A stretch of DNA of 64,000 bases from Minisyncoccota bacterium (GCA_035531495.1 DATKSU010000017.1:2668-66667); one strand, 5' to 3'; numbered from the stretch's first letter, positions 1 through 11,521 are shown. Notes: generated by a model not told the origin, from the sequence alone. Numbers and translations: made by a program.

Positions 1-2
1 CG

Positions 3-89
3 AGCACGGGCGCGGCCGGCATCAGGATCGTCGACGTGCATGCCGCGTCGTCGAGCTCCGCGGCCGAGCAGACGGTCATCCCGTTTTAA
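3..89 (+). CDS. 3' end of an upstream gene (partial, product unknown)
   Basis: Frame 3 reads through the window edge to ...AAEQTVIPF followed by TAA at 87-89. Too short to assign a product. Confidence 0.2.
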   Translation, partial: STGAAGIRIVDVHAASSSSAAEQTVIPF

Positions 90-123
90 CGGTGCGGGCA
101 GCGTAGCGATTTCATAATTTTTC

Positions 124-2601
<2,478 letters not shown>

Positions 2602-2730
2602 CTCCGCGAGCGACGCAGGACGGAGCACACGCGGCGTTCTCATTCCGGCATTGCGCAGCGGGCGCAGCGGGAGTAGGGTGCGCAGCAGAAGCATCGCACA
2701 CCGCAACCCAACGACGACGGAGGTTCCGCA

Positions 2731-3345
2731 ATGCACATTACGCTGTTCAAGGGACTCGATCCCTACGTCATCGAGCATCAACCGACCGGCAAATCGCATC
2801 GGTATCAGTTCTGGAAATGCTGCAAGGAAGAGAAGAAGGGAAACGGAGAGGCGCCCGCAGAGACGCCGTCCCAGATGCCGAAGCCAGTGCCGCTCCCGGC
2901 GCGAAGCTGGGTGACGCCGGTCGTGGCGCCGGAGCAGTCGAGCCGCAAACGTGAGGGGGCTGCGTGCGGCAAGACACACGAGGAAGCGCAGACGGCCTTC
3001 CTCGCCGAACATTATCCGGGCGGCATCGTGGCATCGCAGGCAGTCGATGACGAGATTCCCGATGACCTGAAGCGGATTCCTTTCCGCATCGAGTACCGGG
3101 GTTCGTGGCGCAAGATCGTCGGCAAGAGCATCGACAAGGTCGCACACCTCGTCCTCGTGCGTCTCCTGCAAGCGCACGCGTGCTGGTATGACGACTTCCC
3201 GCACGGGCAGTCGAATAACTTCACGGGTCTCGCATCTACAGTGAAAGGAAGCTGCGCTCATGGCATTGCGGCAGAAGGAAGAAAGGCCGCTTCACAGATC
3301 GGCTTACACCGATCGCCCCTCGAACCTGCGGGATGCCGATGGTGA
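2731..3345 (+). CDS. hypothetical protein (204 aa)
   Basis: ORF has GGAGG 8 nt upstream of the ATG and is followed by a rho-independent terminator hairpin. No recognisable domain. Confidence 0.35.
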   Translation: MHITLFKGLDPYVIEHQPTGKSHRYQFWKCCKEEKKGNGEAPAETPSQMPKPVPLPARSWVTPVVAPEQSSRKREGAACGKTHEEAQTAFLAEHYPGGIVASQAVDDEIPDDLKRIPFRIEYRGSWRKIVGKSIDKVAHLVLVRLLQAHACWYDDFPHGQSNNFTGLASTVKGSCAHGIAAEGRKAASQIGLHRSPLEPAGCRW

Positions 3346-3354
3346 CTTCTGACG

Positions 3355-3386
3355 CAGGCCGCTCGCGAGAGCGGCCTGTTTTTTCG
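3355..3386 (+). terminator. rho-independent terminator
   Basis: GC hairpin caggccgctcgcgagagcggcctg followed by TTTTTT. Confidence 0.6.
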
Positions 3387-3462
3387 GCATTGCGCCGAGT
3401 GCGGCGCGGAGGTAGTGTGCGCGGCAGGCAACACCTGTCCATTCATCTCATGCGGGAGACAC

Positions 3463-3732
3463 ATGATGACAGCACCATCCGACGAACGTCCGTATCCTCG
3501 AGAGGACGCCGAGAAAGCACTGCATGAACTCGAGTACGATATCGAGACCGAAGGGAGCCCGAACGTGAAGCCGGGATACCGGTTCCTCGTGCGGATACGG
3601 CGGCCGAGAAGCGAAAAGCTTGACCACCGGCCGATCGAGAAGACGATGGACATCGTCGGTGCCGGCGCGACGCTTGATGAAGCCGTTCAGAAAGCGCTCA
3701 AGCGGTACCGGTGGGAAAAGCGCAAGACGTGA
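3463..3732 (+). CDS. hypothetical protein (about 89 aa)
   Basis: ORF 3415-3732 begins with GTG in the track. The internal ATG at 3463 (MMTAPS…) has a GGGAGA SD-like motif upstream. A terminator follows at 3735-3764. Confidence 0.35.
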   Translation: MMTAPSDERPYPREDAEKALHELEYDIETEGSPNVKPGYRFLVRIRRPRSEKLDHRPIEKTMDIVGAGATLDEAVQKALKRYRWEKRKT

Positions 3733-3734
3733 CA

Positions 3735-3764
3735 CAGGCCGCCCGGAGACGGCCTGTTTATTTT
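3735..3764 (+). terminator. rho-independent terminator
   Basis: Hairpin caggccgcccggagacggcctg followed by TTTATTTT. Confidence 0.6.
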
Positions 3765-3820
3765 GTATGCGATGTTGATTGCGCGGTCGCCAAGGGCGGC
3801 CGCGTGGTATTTTTATGTGA

Positions 3821-4357
3821 ATGAGCGCTCATTTCAGCGACCCGCGCGAGAATGTGCTCCAGCTCGGGCTGCGCGAGGGCATGAAGGTCGGCGATTTCGG
3901 CACTGGCACCGGCTATTACGCGCGCGCGGCGGCGGGCGTCGTCGGCACGAGCGGCCGCGTTTACGCCATCGACGTGCAGGAGGGCATCCTCAAGCACCTG
4001 AAGCTCAACTCGCACGAGCAGCACCTGCACGTCATCGAGACGGTCTGGGGCGACATCGAGAAGCTCGGCGGCACGCGGCTGCGCGACCGGTCGCTCGACG
4101 CCGTCATCCTCGCGAACACGCTCTTCCAGATTGAAAACCGCTTCGGCCTGCTCTCCGAGATAAAGCGGGTTCTGAAGCCGGGCGGCAAGCTTCTCGTCGT
4201 CGACTGGGCCGGCAGCTACGGCGGCATGGGCCCGGCGCAGGACAAGGTCGTGCCGGAGCACGAAGCGGAGGCCTTCTTCATCACCGGCGGCTTCCATAAG
4301 GCCAAGTCGTTCCGCGCCGGCCCGTATCATTACGGCATAATATTCACGTCGCCATGA
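3821..4357 (+). CDS. class I SAM-dependent methyltransferase
   Basis: Motif I VGDFGTGTGYYA and a post-II LKPGGKLLVVDW motif are present. TGgTATTTT lies 7 nt upstream of the ATG. The gene overlaps the next gene by ATGA. Confidence 0.8.
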   Translation: MSAHFSDPRENVLQLGLREGMKVGDFGTGTGYYARAAAGVVGTSGRVYAIDVQEGILKHLKLNSHEQHLHVIETVWGDIEKLGGTRLRDRSLDAVILANTLFQIENRFGLLSEIKRVLKPGGKLLVVDWAGSYGGMGPAQDKVVPEHEAEAFFITGGFHKAKSFRAGPYHYGIIFTSP

Positions 4358-5664
4358 AAGTATCCCTCTTCCAAGGCATCCTCATCGGCGTTTTCGCTCT
4401 CGGCGCCCTCATCGGCTTGTTCGTCTTCTCGAACTACACGAGCAAGAATACGGGCAATACCGGCGTCGGCACGGTCGTCATCTGGGGCACCCTGCCCGGA
4501 AGCGCGATGAAGGCGGCGCTCGCTGACGTCGTGAAGAAAGACACTTCGCTCAAGAGCGTCTCCTACGTGCAGAAGGACGAAGCGACGCTGCCGTCGGACC
4601 TCGCGGCCGCCATCGCGACGGGCGCCGCGCCCGATCTCGTGCTCGCGTCGCAGGAGAATCTCGAGTCGCTCGCGAAGTTCCTCACCCCCATCCCGCTGTC
4701 GACGCTTTCGGCAAACACGTTCCAGAATTCGTTCGTCAGGGAAGGGCAGATCTTCACGGTGCCGAACGGCGGCGGCTTCTACGGTGTCCCGCTCCTCGTC
4801 GACCCGCTCGTGCTCTTCTCGAATCCGACCATCCTCTCGTCCGACGGAATCGTGAAGCCGCCCGCCACCTGGGAAGCGCTCACGGGCCTCGTGCCGAACG
4901 TCGCCGTGCTCACGCCGACGAAGCAGATAACGCGAGGCCTCGTCGCGCTCGGCACCTATGACAACGTGCACGACGCGCGCGGCATTCTCTCGACGCTCTT
5001 CTTCCAGACGGGCGTGCCCGTCGCGAGCTATTCGCTGGGCGGCATCCTCTCGGCTGACCTCGGCGCGAGCGCGTCCGCCGGCGTGCCGCCCGGCCAGGCG
5101 GTGCTGAATTTCTATACGCAGTTCGCCGACCCCTCGAAGGTCTCCTACACCTGGAACGGTTCCTTGCCGGATTCCGAGCAGGCATTCCTCGCGGGCGATC
5201 TCGCGCTCTACCTCGGCTACGCGTCGGAGGCGCAGTACTTCTCGACCGCGAATCCGAACCTCGCCTTCGAGGTCACGCCCGTGCCGGAGCCCGCGGCGGC
5301 GACGGCGAAGACGGCATACGGCCTCATCTATGCGCTCATGATTCCGCGCGGGGCGAAGAACGTCTCGGGCGCTTACCTGGCGGCGACGGCGCTCGCCGGC
5401 GCACCGGCGCAGTCCGCGCTCGCGAGCGATACCGGCCTCGCGCCCGCAACGCTCACTAACCTCGCGGCGGCGCCTCCCGATCCCACCGCGGCCGTCGCGT
5501 ATAGCGAGGCGCTGTATGCGGCGGGCTGGCTGTCCCCAGCACCGGCCGACACGGATAGCGTATTTTCCGCTATGATTGGGAACGTGATAAGCGGCCGCTC
5601 GACGCTCACCACCGCACTCTCGACCGCGCAGAGCTCGCTCAGCGCGCTCCTGCAGCAACAATGA
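4354..5664 (+). CDS. membrane-anchored extracellular solute-binding-protein-like protein (SBP family 1-like)
   Basis: N-terminal TM helix then a domain with SBP_bac_1-like segments (VVIWGTLP…, KPPATWEAL). Start codon overlaps the methyltransferase stop; stop codon overlaps the first pilin-like gene. No permease or ATPase partner is present in the window. Confidence 0.5.
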   Translation: MKVSLFQGILIGVFALGALIGLFVFSNYTSKNTGNTGVGTVVIWGTLPGSAMKAALADVVKKDTSLKSVSYVQKDEATLPSDLAAAIATGAAPDLVLASQENLESLAKFLTPIPLSTLSANTFQNSFVREGQIFTVPNGGGFYGVPLLVDPLVLFSNPTILSSDGIVKPPATWEALTGLVPNVAVLTPTKQITRGLVALGTYDNVHDARGILSTLFFQTGVPVASYSLGGILSADLGASASAGVPPGQAVLNFYTQFADPSKVSYTWNGSLPDSEQAFLAGDLALYLGYASEAQYFSTANPNLAFEVTPVPEPAAATAKTAYGLIYALMIPRGAKNVSGAYLAATALAGAPAQSALASDTGLAPATLTNLAAAPPDPTAAVAYSEALYAAGWLSPAPADTDSVFSAMIGNVISGRSTLTTALSTAQSSLSALLQQQ

Positions 5665-6215
5665 CCAGAACGCTCGCGTCAACGCTCTTCGCCCTTGCGC
5701 TCTTCACCCTTGCGCCGATTGCGGCGTCGGCGCAAGGCACGGATTGCAACATCCTGGTCCAGGGGGCTTCGTGCGTCACGTCTTCAGGCGCTTCCGGCAC
5801 GTGCCAGCCGACGGGCGGCAATTACGGCAACATGACGTGCCAGGGAGGCGCGCAACAATCAACGACGGGGACAAATACCGGAGGCGCGCAATCGACGGCC
5901 GGGACGAATACGGGCGGTCCGAGCGTGACGCTCACCAATCCGCTCAACACCGGCAGCAACTGCTCCGCGACGAACACCTGCTTGAACGTCTTCCTTATGG
6001 ACATCCTGCAGCTCGTCATCCGCATCGGCGCTGTCGTCGTCGTCGTCATGCTCGTCTACGTCGGCTTCCTCTTCGTGACGGCGCAGGGGAATGAATCGAA
6101 GCTCAGTAGAGCGAAACAAGCGCTCCTCTGGACCATCGTCGGCGCGCTCATCCTGCTCGGCGCCGAAGCCATCGCACAGGGCATCCAGGCGACGGTCCAA
6201 GCGCTCTCCGTATGA
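5661..6215 (+). CDS. TrbC/VirB2-type (T4SS) pilin-like protein, paralog 1, with N-terminal Cys/Gly/Thr-rich extension
   Basis: Signal peptide present. C-terminal two-helix hairpin motif …VMLVYVGFLFVTAQGNESK…ALLWTIVGALILLGAEAI… is shared with the five downstream paralogs. Confidence 0.5.
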   Translation: MTRTLASTLFALALFTLAPIAASAQGTDCNILVQGASCVTSSGASGTCQPTGGNYGNMTCQGGAQQSTTGTNTGGAQSTAGTNTGGPSVTLTNPLNTGSNCSATNTCLNVFLMDILQLVIRIGAVVVVVMLVYVGFLFVTAQGNESKLSRAKQALLWTIVGALILLGAEAIAQGIQATVQALSV

Positions 6216-6475
6216 CGTTCGCCCAGTTCGTCGGCAGCGGCTCGACCGGCATCATTGGCGCCATCAATACGGTCATCGTCCCGCTCATCTTCGGCCTCGC
6301 GTTCGCTTATTTCATCTGGGGCGTCGTCAAGTACTTCTTTATCAACGGCGGCGATGAACGGAGCCGGATCGAGGGGCGGCAATTCGTACTGTGGGGCGTC
6401 CTCGCGATGGCGCTCATCTTCTCGATATGGGGCGTCCTGAATATCCTGTTATCCACGCTCGGCATCGCGCCGTAG
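6212..6475 (+). CDS. TrbC/VirB2-type pilin-like small membrane protein, paralog 2
   Basis: 87 aa. Motif …VPLIFGLAFAYFIWGVVKYF..NGGDE…QFVLWGVLAMALIFSIWGVLN. ATGA overlap with paralog 1. Confidence 0.5.
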   Translation: MTFAQFVGSGSTGIIGAINTVIVPLIFGLAFAYFIWGVVKYFFINGGDERSRIEGRQFVLWGVLAMALIFSIWGVLNILLSTLGIAP

Positions 6476-6506
6476 CGATAACGTGTCATACTGACTAAGC
6501 GGCACT

Positions 6507-6836
6507 ATGAACTTCAGCATCGGATTCGGCGTCGGCGGCGGTTCCGTATGTACGGTCGGCATCTGCCAAGTCGCGAACACCATCCTCTACCTCATCAACG
6601 GCGTGTTCGTCCCCGTCCTTTTCGCGGTGGCGTTCATCGTCTTCCTCTACGGCGTCGCGAAGGCTTATATCTTCTCAGGCGGCGATCCGGGCGAGGTCGA
6701 GAAAGGGCACAAGCTCATCTTGTGGGGTATCATCGCCTTCGTCGTCATGATCTCGCTCTGGGGCCTCGTGAACGTCGTCGCGAATACCTTCGGCCTTGCG
6801 GGGTATTCGGCGCCGCCGATGCCGACATCGTATTAG
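6507..6836 (+). CDS. TrbC/VirB2-type pilin-like small membrane protein, paralog 3
   Basis: 109 aa. Motif …VPVLFAVAFIVFLYGVAKAYIFSGGD…LILWGIIAFVVMISLWGLVNV. Confidence 0.5.
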   Translation: MNFSIGFGVGGGSVCTVGICQVANTILYLINGVFVPVLFAVAFIVFLYGVAKAYIFSGGDPGEVEKGHKLILWGIIAFVVMISLWGLVNVVANTFGLAGYSAPPMPTSY

Positions 6837-6849
6837 AACGACCCTCCCT

Positions 6850-7281
6850 ATGAACAAACTCTCCCTTGCTGGTCCCGATCTTCGCACGCTCGCGCTCAGC
6901 GTCATCTCGTTTCTCGCTGCTGCGCCGGTTGCATTCGCCCAAGTACCGGCGAATACCACCAATACGGGCGCGGGCAGCGTCAACCTGGTATGGCTGCAGT
7001 ACTACCGGGACACCATCGTCTGGGTTATCAACTCGGTCATCGTCCCGGTCCTAATTGCAGTGGCGTTCATCGTCTTCCTCTACGGAGTCTATAAATATTT
7101 CATCCAGGGGGCAGCGAGCGATACCGAGCGGGAGACGGGCCGGAAATTCGTCATGTGGGGCGTGATCGGCATGGTCATCATCGTATCCTTCTGGGGCGTC
7201 GTCAACATCGTCAAGGATACGCTCATCCCCTCGACCGCGAACAACACCGCCCCCGCATACCCGACGCTGCCGACCCAGTAA
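6850..7281 (+). CDS. TrbC/VirB2-type pilin-like protein, paralog 4
   Basis: The ATG at 6850 (MNKLSLAG…) gives a clean signal peptide; the track start at 6796 is an upstream extension. Motif …VPVLIAVAFIVFLYGVYKYFIQG…KFVMWGVIGMVIIVSFWGVVNIV. Confidence 0.5.
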   Translation: MNKLSLAGPDLRTLALSVISFLAAAPVAFAQVPANTTNTGAGSVNLVWLQYYRDTIVWVINSVIVPVLIAVAFIVFLYGVYKYFIQGAASDTERETGRKFVMWGVIGMVIIVSFWGVVNIVKDTLIPSTANNTAPAYPTLPTQ

Positions 7282-7373
7282 GGCCGCCAGGGATTATCCC
7301 CACACGGGCTCGAATGGCGTTGACCGGGCTTGCGGGGAAGCTAGAATAGTACTGTTATCCAATTAACGTCTGT

Positions 7374-7742
7374 ATGAAAAAAGCAATCACTCTTACGGGG
7401 GCGCTCGCGGTGTTCGCACTGCCGCTCGTCTCGTTCGCGCAGGTGAACAACCTCTCGGATGTCGGTTCCCTCATCATCAACATCATCAATAACATCCTCG
7501 TCCCGGTCATCTTCGCGGTGGCGTTCATCGTCTTCCTCTGGGGCGCATTCGACACCTTCATCCTCGGCGCGACGAATGATACGGCGAAGGAGAAGGGCAA
7601 GAGCCTCATGCTCTGGGGCCTCATCGGCTTCTTCGTAATGGTGTCGGTCTGGGGCCTCGTGAACATCCTCACCGGTACGATCACCTTCGGCAACAACACC
7701 GGCCCGTCGAGCGTTCCGACCTCCGGCACGACCGTCCAGTAG
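7374..7742 (+). CDS. TrbC/VirB2-type pilin-like protein, paralog 5
   Basis: Signal peptide MKKAITLTGALAVFALPLVSFAQ. Motif …VPVIFAVAFIVFLWGAFDTFILG…SLMLWGLIGFFVMVSVWGLVNIL. Confidence 0.5.
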   Translation: MKKAITLTGALAVFALPLVSFAQVNNLSDVGSLIINIINNILVPVIFAVAFIVFLWGAFDTFILGATNDTAKEKGKSLMLWGLIGFFVMVSVWGLVNILTGTITFGNNTGPSSVPTSGTTVQ

Positions 7743-7754
7743 CCCTCGCGCTAC

Positions 7755-8042
7755 ATGTCCGTCCTCAACGCCTTTCTCTCGAAGGTCACTGTTCAGATCA
7801 TCAATCCGCTCATCCTGCTCCTGGCCGCCGGCGCGTTCGTCGCCTTCTTGTGGGGAGCGTTTGAGTTCATCCGCAACGGCGGCGACGAGAAGAAGCGTGC
7901 GGATGGGCAGCGAGCAATCCTGTGGGGCATCGTCGGGCTCGTCATTATCTTCGGCGCGTACGGTATCATCAATGTCGCCATGAACACCTTCAACCTCCAG
8001 CCGAACGGGCAGTCGACCATCCAACAGGTCGTCTCCCCATAA
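7755..8042 (+). CDS. TrbC/VirB2-type pilin-like small membrane protein, paralog 6
   Basis: 95 aa. Motif …AGAFVAFLWGAFEFIRNGGDEKK…AILWGIVGLVIIFGAYGIINV. Confidence 0.5.
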   Translation: MSVLNAFLSKVTVQIINPLILLLAAGAFVAFLWGAFEFIRNGGDEKKRADGQRAILWGIVGLVIIFGAYGIINVAMNTFNLQPNGQSTIQQVVSP

Positions 8043-8077
8043 GCCGACCGTAAGAGTAGATCATACGGATAAGAAAA

Positions 8078-8100
8078 GAGGCCGCGCATCGCGCGGCCTC
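8078..8100. terminator. bidirectional terminator hairpin between convergent genes
   Basis: Hairpin gaggccgcgcatcgcgcggcctc lies between the + strand pilin array and the - strand gene ending at 8123. Confidence 0.5.
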
Positions 8101-8122
8101 GTGCATGAAGGTACCTCTTGAT

Positions 8123-8935
8123 TTACTGAGCATAGGCGTATGACACGACATTCGGGTCAGCCTTTCTCATGTTCGTCACGTACACGTACGGCATGTCGCC
8201 GCTCGGACAGGGGTTCCCCCCTATCACAAACGAGGACTCGTGCCCGTCTCGGTAGACGCAGTGTATACGGACATCTTCTCCATCGAACGTTACTCTCATC
8301 TGTTGCGGCACAGGGATGTTCGCCGACCTGCCTCCCCGGGGGAGCATGACTTTCGGCCATGAATCCACGGATTGGCTCGTGAGCGGGATGCTTGCCTTCG
8401 GTGCGTATGCCGCGCTCGGCGCTTTTCCGGATAACAGCCACGAGAGGGCCGGCAGCACGAAGAGCATCGCAAGCACCACCCACACTGCTACCCATTGGTG
8501 CTGCTTCATACGCTCTTGCCACTTCGGGATTAGCAAACCGATGACCCCGAGCGAAGCAACGAGCGTCGCTAATATTAGCCCGACGGCAGCCCAGTGCTTC
8601 CACCACAGGGAGCTTATCGCGGCCATGGTCGGGGGATTTTTTATATAGACCCCGCTCCAGTACCACCCCTCTCCGAGGATGATGGCGAGCAGCACCACCA
8701 AGCCCATTTTTTCCCAAGTGAAGGTCTCCTTGAGCTTCTCGAGGATTTTCTTTGGTTCGTCTCTCGGGCTTGTCGTCGCGGTGACGGTACGCTGCCCCTT
8801 CTCGGGGTTCTTGGCATTCATCTCCGCCTGAACGTTCGCGAGCCGCGTCGAGTGCGGCTGCCTGATACGCAGTACCACAAGAATACCGAGCACGAACAGC
8901 ACGAACGATGCAACGGGAATGATAACGACCATCAT
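8123..8935 (-). CDS. polytopic membrane protein with C-terminal extracytoplasmic domain, co-transcribed with the SPFH protein
   Basis: About four hydrophobic helices and a Cys-containing C-terminal domain. Its start overlaps the SPFH stop (ATGA), so the position suggests an NfeD-like partner. No sequence motif confirms this. Confidence 0.45.
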   Translation of the reverse strand: MMVVIIPVASFVLFVLGILVVLRIRQPHSTRLANVQAEMNAKNPEKGQRTVTATTSPRDEPKKILEKLKETFTWEKMGLVVLLAIILGEGWYWSGVYIKNPPTMAAISSLWWKHWAAVGLILATLVASLGVIGLLIPKWQERMKQHQWVAVWVVLAMLFVLPALSWLLSGKAPSAAYAPKASIPLTSQSVDSWPKVMLPRGGRSANIPVPQQMRVTFDGEDVRIHCVYRDGHESSFVIGGNPCPSGDMPYVYVTNMRKADPNVVSYAYAQ

Positions 8936-10224
8936 ACGGAACCTCCATCAGATTGGCTTGCGGCTGGTTTATTCGGAGCGACCGGCAGCGTAGGCACGAG
9001 CGGCTGGGGTGCTCCCCAGACGATCGTATTGCCGGGACCTCTTGACGACTCTTGCATCGCGTCATACTGCGCGAGTCGGATACCGACTTCACCGACTGCA
9101 CTGATGACGCTGAGTCTCCTCTCGAGGGATTTGGCTTCGGCTTCTCCCGTCATCTCAATGACATCGGCTTTCGCTTTCCCCGTGGTACGCGTGGCAATCG
9201 CTTCCTGCTCGGCAACATAGGCTTTCGTCGCCGCTTCCTGGTTCCTATCTTTCGCGTCGCCAGAAAGATCAATCTTTTGGAGATCGACGGTGCGGATTTC
9301 CACGCCATATCGTCCGAGAAGGCCGAACGGAGGCTTGGTATCCACATCGTCCGGGAGTCGGCTGCTAAGCGCGATAATCGGCGCCGAGTACTCGGTCAGA
9401 TCAACCGTGTCCGTACTTCCTCCCGCCGCCGCCCTCTTGGTCGACCGGATGATATCATTGTACTTCTGAGAGCCGATGAAGGCCCTCGAATTACGGTTGA
9501 TAGCAGCCGTGACGCGTACCATCCAATCCTCGCCGCTGAAAAGCGCGCGGTAGGGATTGCGGACGGCAACCGTCGCGAACGTCAAGACGGTTACTTGCAG
9601 GTTCTCCGACGTTTCTGCGTCCTGGGTGACGAAGACGTAGACAAAGTCCGAGACGTAGACGAGGTCAGTCGCTTCCGCGCGTGGGAAGACCGACTCCGCG
9701 CCGTTCTCGTCCGTGCGCGTCTCGTTCCACACGAACTGATAGACGTGGACTTTGACAGACCACGGCCAGCCAATCCAATAGATGCCGAGATATTTGAGCA
9801 GCCACGACCGCCTGTCGTAGTACGAGTCCTCCATCATCTCGCCCGTGAAGCCGTTCGTATTGCCCGGTCCGTGGAATAAGACTTCCCAATTCGCCTTATC
9901 GGGCTTGAACCCTGGCCCCATCGGGTCGTTCAGATGGAACCCCTCGAATGACATGAGGATCCGCTCGAACGAGTTCCCGCGCAGGATGATCTTCGCGGTA
10001 CCTTCCTTCACGGTGGTGAAGAGGATGGCTTCTTTCGCGAGCGACTTGATGAAGAAGAACAGGATGATACTGGCGAACACCGCGCCGTCAATCGTGATGA
10101 ACAGCCATTTCAGGATGGTTGCCACCAACGGATTGGACAGGCTCAGTATCATGATTATCGTGACAGACAAGATCACGACGACTGGTGCCGACAGATTGCG
10201 GCGCAATTTAGACAGCGGTGCCAT
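8932..10224 (-). CDS. SPFH/band-7 (flotillin-like) membrane protein
   Basis: N-terminal TM helix, an SPFH core, and a flotillin-like Ala/Glu-rich coiled-coil tail (…EAATKAYVAEQEAIATRTTGKAKADVIEMTGEAEAKSL…). Confidence 0.75.
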   Translation of the reverse strand: MAPLSKLRRNLSAPVVVILSVTIIMILSLSNPLVATILKWLFITIDGAVFASIILFFFIKSLAKEAILFTTVKEGTAKIILRGNSFERILMSFEGFHLNDPMGPGFKPDKANWEVLFHGPGNTNGFTGEMMEDSYYDRRSWLLKYLGIYWIGWPWSVKVHVYQFVWNETRTDENGAESVFPRAEATDLVYVSDFVYVFVTQDAETSENLQVTVLTFATVAVRNPYRALFSGEDWMVRVTAAINRNSRAFIGSQKYNDIIRSTKRAAAGGSTDTVDLTEYSAPIIALSSRLPDDVDTKPPFGLLGRYGVEIRTVDLQKIDLSGDAKDRNQEAATKAYVAEQEAIATRTTGKAKADVIEMTGEAEAKSLERRLSVISAVGEVGIRLAQYDAMQESSRGPGNTIVWGAPQPLVPTLPVAPNKPAASQSDGGSV

Positions 10225-10305
10225 TCGTGCCTCCTAGATTGGTGAGAGTAGTTGAAATGAACAAATCGCCGGAACAAAATTAACTAATAAATGCTGAAAT
10301 GTCAA

Positions 10306-10389
10306 GGTGCTGGGGGAGAGATTCGAACTCTCATGCCTTGCGGCGCTAGCTCCTAAGGCTAGTGCGTCTGCCAGTTTCGCCACCCCAGC
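10306..10389 (-). tRNA. tRNA-Leu (anticodon TAG)
   Basis: Manually folded: acceptor GCTGGGG/CCCCAGC, anticodon arm CTAGC-CTTAGGA-GCTAG, long variable arm, T-arm GAGAG-TTCGAAT-CTCTC. Confidence 0.8.
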
Positions 10390-10550
10390 GCATCCGTCTA
10401 ACCGAACCACTCTGGCGGTCACAGATAATTCAATCGTCGTCACGATTGAATTTCTGCGACCCCGCCTCGCGGTGCTCGCCGCTGCTCGCACAACGCTCCG
10501 GCTCGCACCGAAGCATAACACCTGCCGCAGGGCAGGTGCTAAGTCTTCAG

Positions 10551-10623
10551 TGCGCCCACCAGGACTCGAACCTGGGACCTTCTCCTTAAGAGGGAGCAGC
10601 TCTACCAACTGAGCTATGGGCGC
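10551..10623 (-). tRNA. tRNA-Lys (anticodon CTT)
   Basis: Manually folded: acceptor GCGCCCA/TGGGCGC, D-arm TAGCTCAGTTGGTAGAGC, anticodon loop CTCTTAA, T-arm CCAGG-TTCGAGT-CCTGG. Confidence 0.75.
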
Positions 10624-10659
10624 AAGGTATGCAAACTGTACCCGAAGTGCGCCGCAGTT

Positions 10660-11505
10660 TCAATGCGCGTGTGCATAGGCGGTGAAGCGCTTCATGAGGT
10701 CGCGCGTGACGGGGCCCGGCTTTCCGCCGCCAATAATCCGTCCGTCGACGGCGACGACGGGCACGATGTCCTTGAAGGAAGAGGTGATGAAGGCCTCGTC
10801 CGCGCCGAAGAGCGCCGGCAGGAGGACCGCCGCCTCATGCGTAGGGTAGGCCTTTTCCGCGAGCGCGAGCGTGATGGCGCGCGTGACGCCTTTGAGCACG
10901 TCAGCACCCGGCGTGTATACCGCGCCGTCCTTCACGACGAAGACGTTGCTCGTCGCGCACTCGAGCACGCGGCCGTTCTTCGTGAAGAGGATCTCGAGGG
11001 CGCCCGCTTCCTTGCGCTTCGGCTGGAGCATGACGGCCGTGATGTAATGAGTGGTCTTCGACTCGGGCATGAAGCGCTCATATTCGTGCGTGATGAGCGA
11101 GGCGCCATGCTCGTAGAGTTCGGGCGCAAGCGGCGCCGTCGGCTCCGCGGTAGCGAAGAGCGTCTCGCGGCCCGGGACGTGCTCGAGGCCTCCTTTCGCC
11201 GCGCCGCCCGTGAGCACGAGCCGGATGCTCGCGCGCCTGCCCGGCGAATTGCGCGCGATGAGCGTCCGCAACGCGTGACGCACTTCGCCCTGCGAGCGAG
11301 GAAGAGCGAGTCCGAGCGCGTCGGCGGATTTCTCGAAGCGTTCCCAGTGGTCGTCGAAGTGGAACGGCTCGCCCGAGAAGGCGGTGATGCCTTGGTAGAT
11401 GCCGAAGCCGCGCAAGAGGCCGAGGTCCGTGATGCCGATTTTCGCCTCCGCGAGCGGCATGATCGAACCGTTCAGATAGCAGAGGAGCTCCATGCGTCGG
11501 AGCAT
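10660..11505 (-). CDS. class IV aminotransferase (branched-chain / D-amino-acid aminotransferase or aminodeoxychorismate lyase family)
   Basis: 281 aa with the fold-type IV PLP-enzyme pattern. The exact subfamily cannot be resolved by eye. Confidence 0.7.
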   Translation of the reverse strand: MLRRMELLCYLNGSIMPLAEAKIGITDLGLLRGFGIYQGITAFSGEPFHFDDHWERFEKSADALGLALPRSQGEVRHALRTLIARNSPGRRASIRLVLTGGAAKGGLEHVPGRETLFATAEPTAPLAPELYEHGASLITHEYERFMPESKTTHYITAVMLQPKRKEAGALEILFTKNGRVLECATSNVFVVKDGAVYTPGADVLKGVTRAITLALAEKAYPTHEAAVLLPALFGADEAFITSSFKDIVPVVAVDGRIIGGGKPGPVTRDLMKRFTAYAHAH

Positions 11506-11521
11506 TGTAGCAGACGCTCTC

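Noticed and set aside
4354-5664. Substrate-binding protein as part of an ABC importer
   Set aside because: No permease or ATPase genes in the operon. It is embedded between a methyltransferase and the pilin-like genes, so a transport role is not supported by context.
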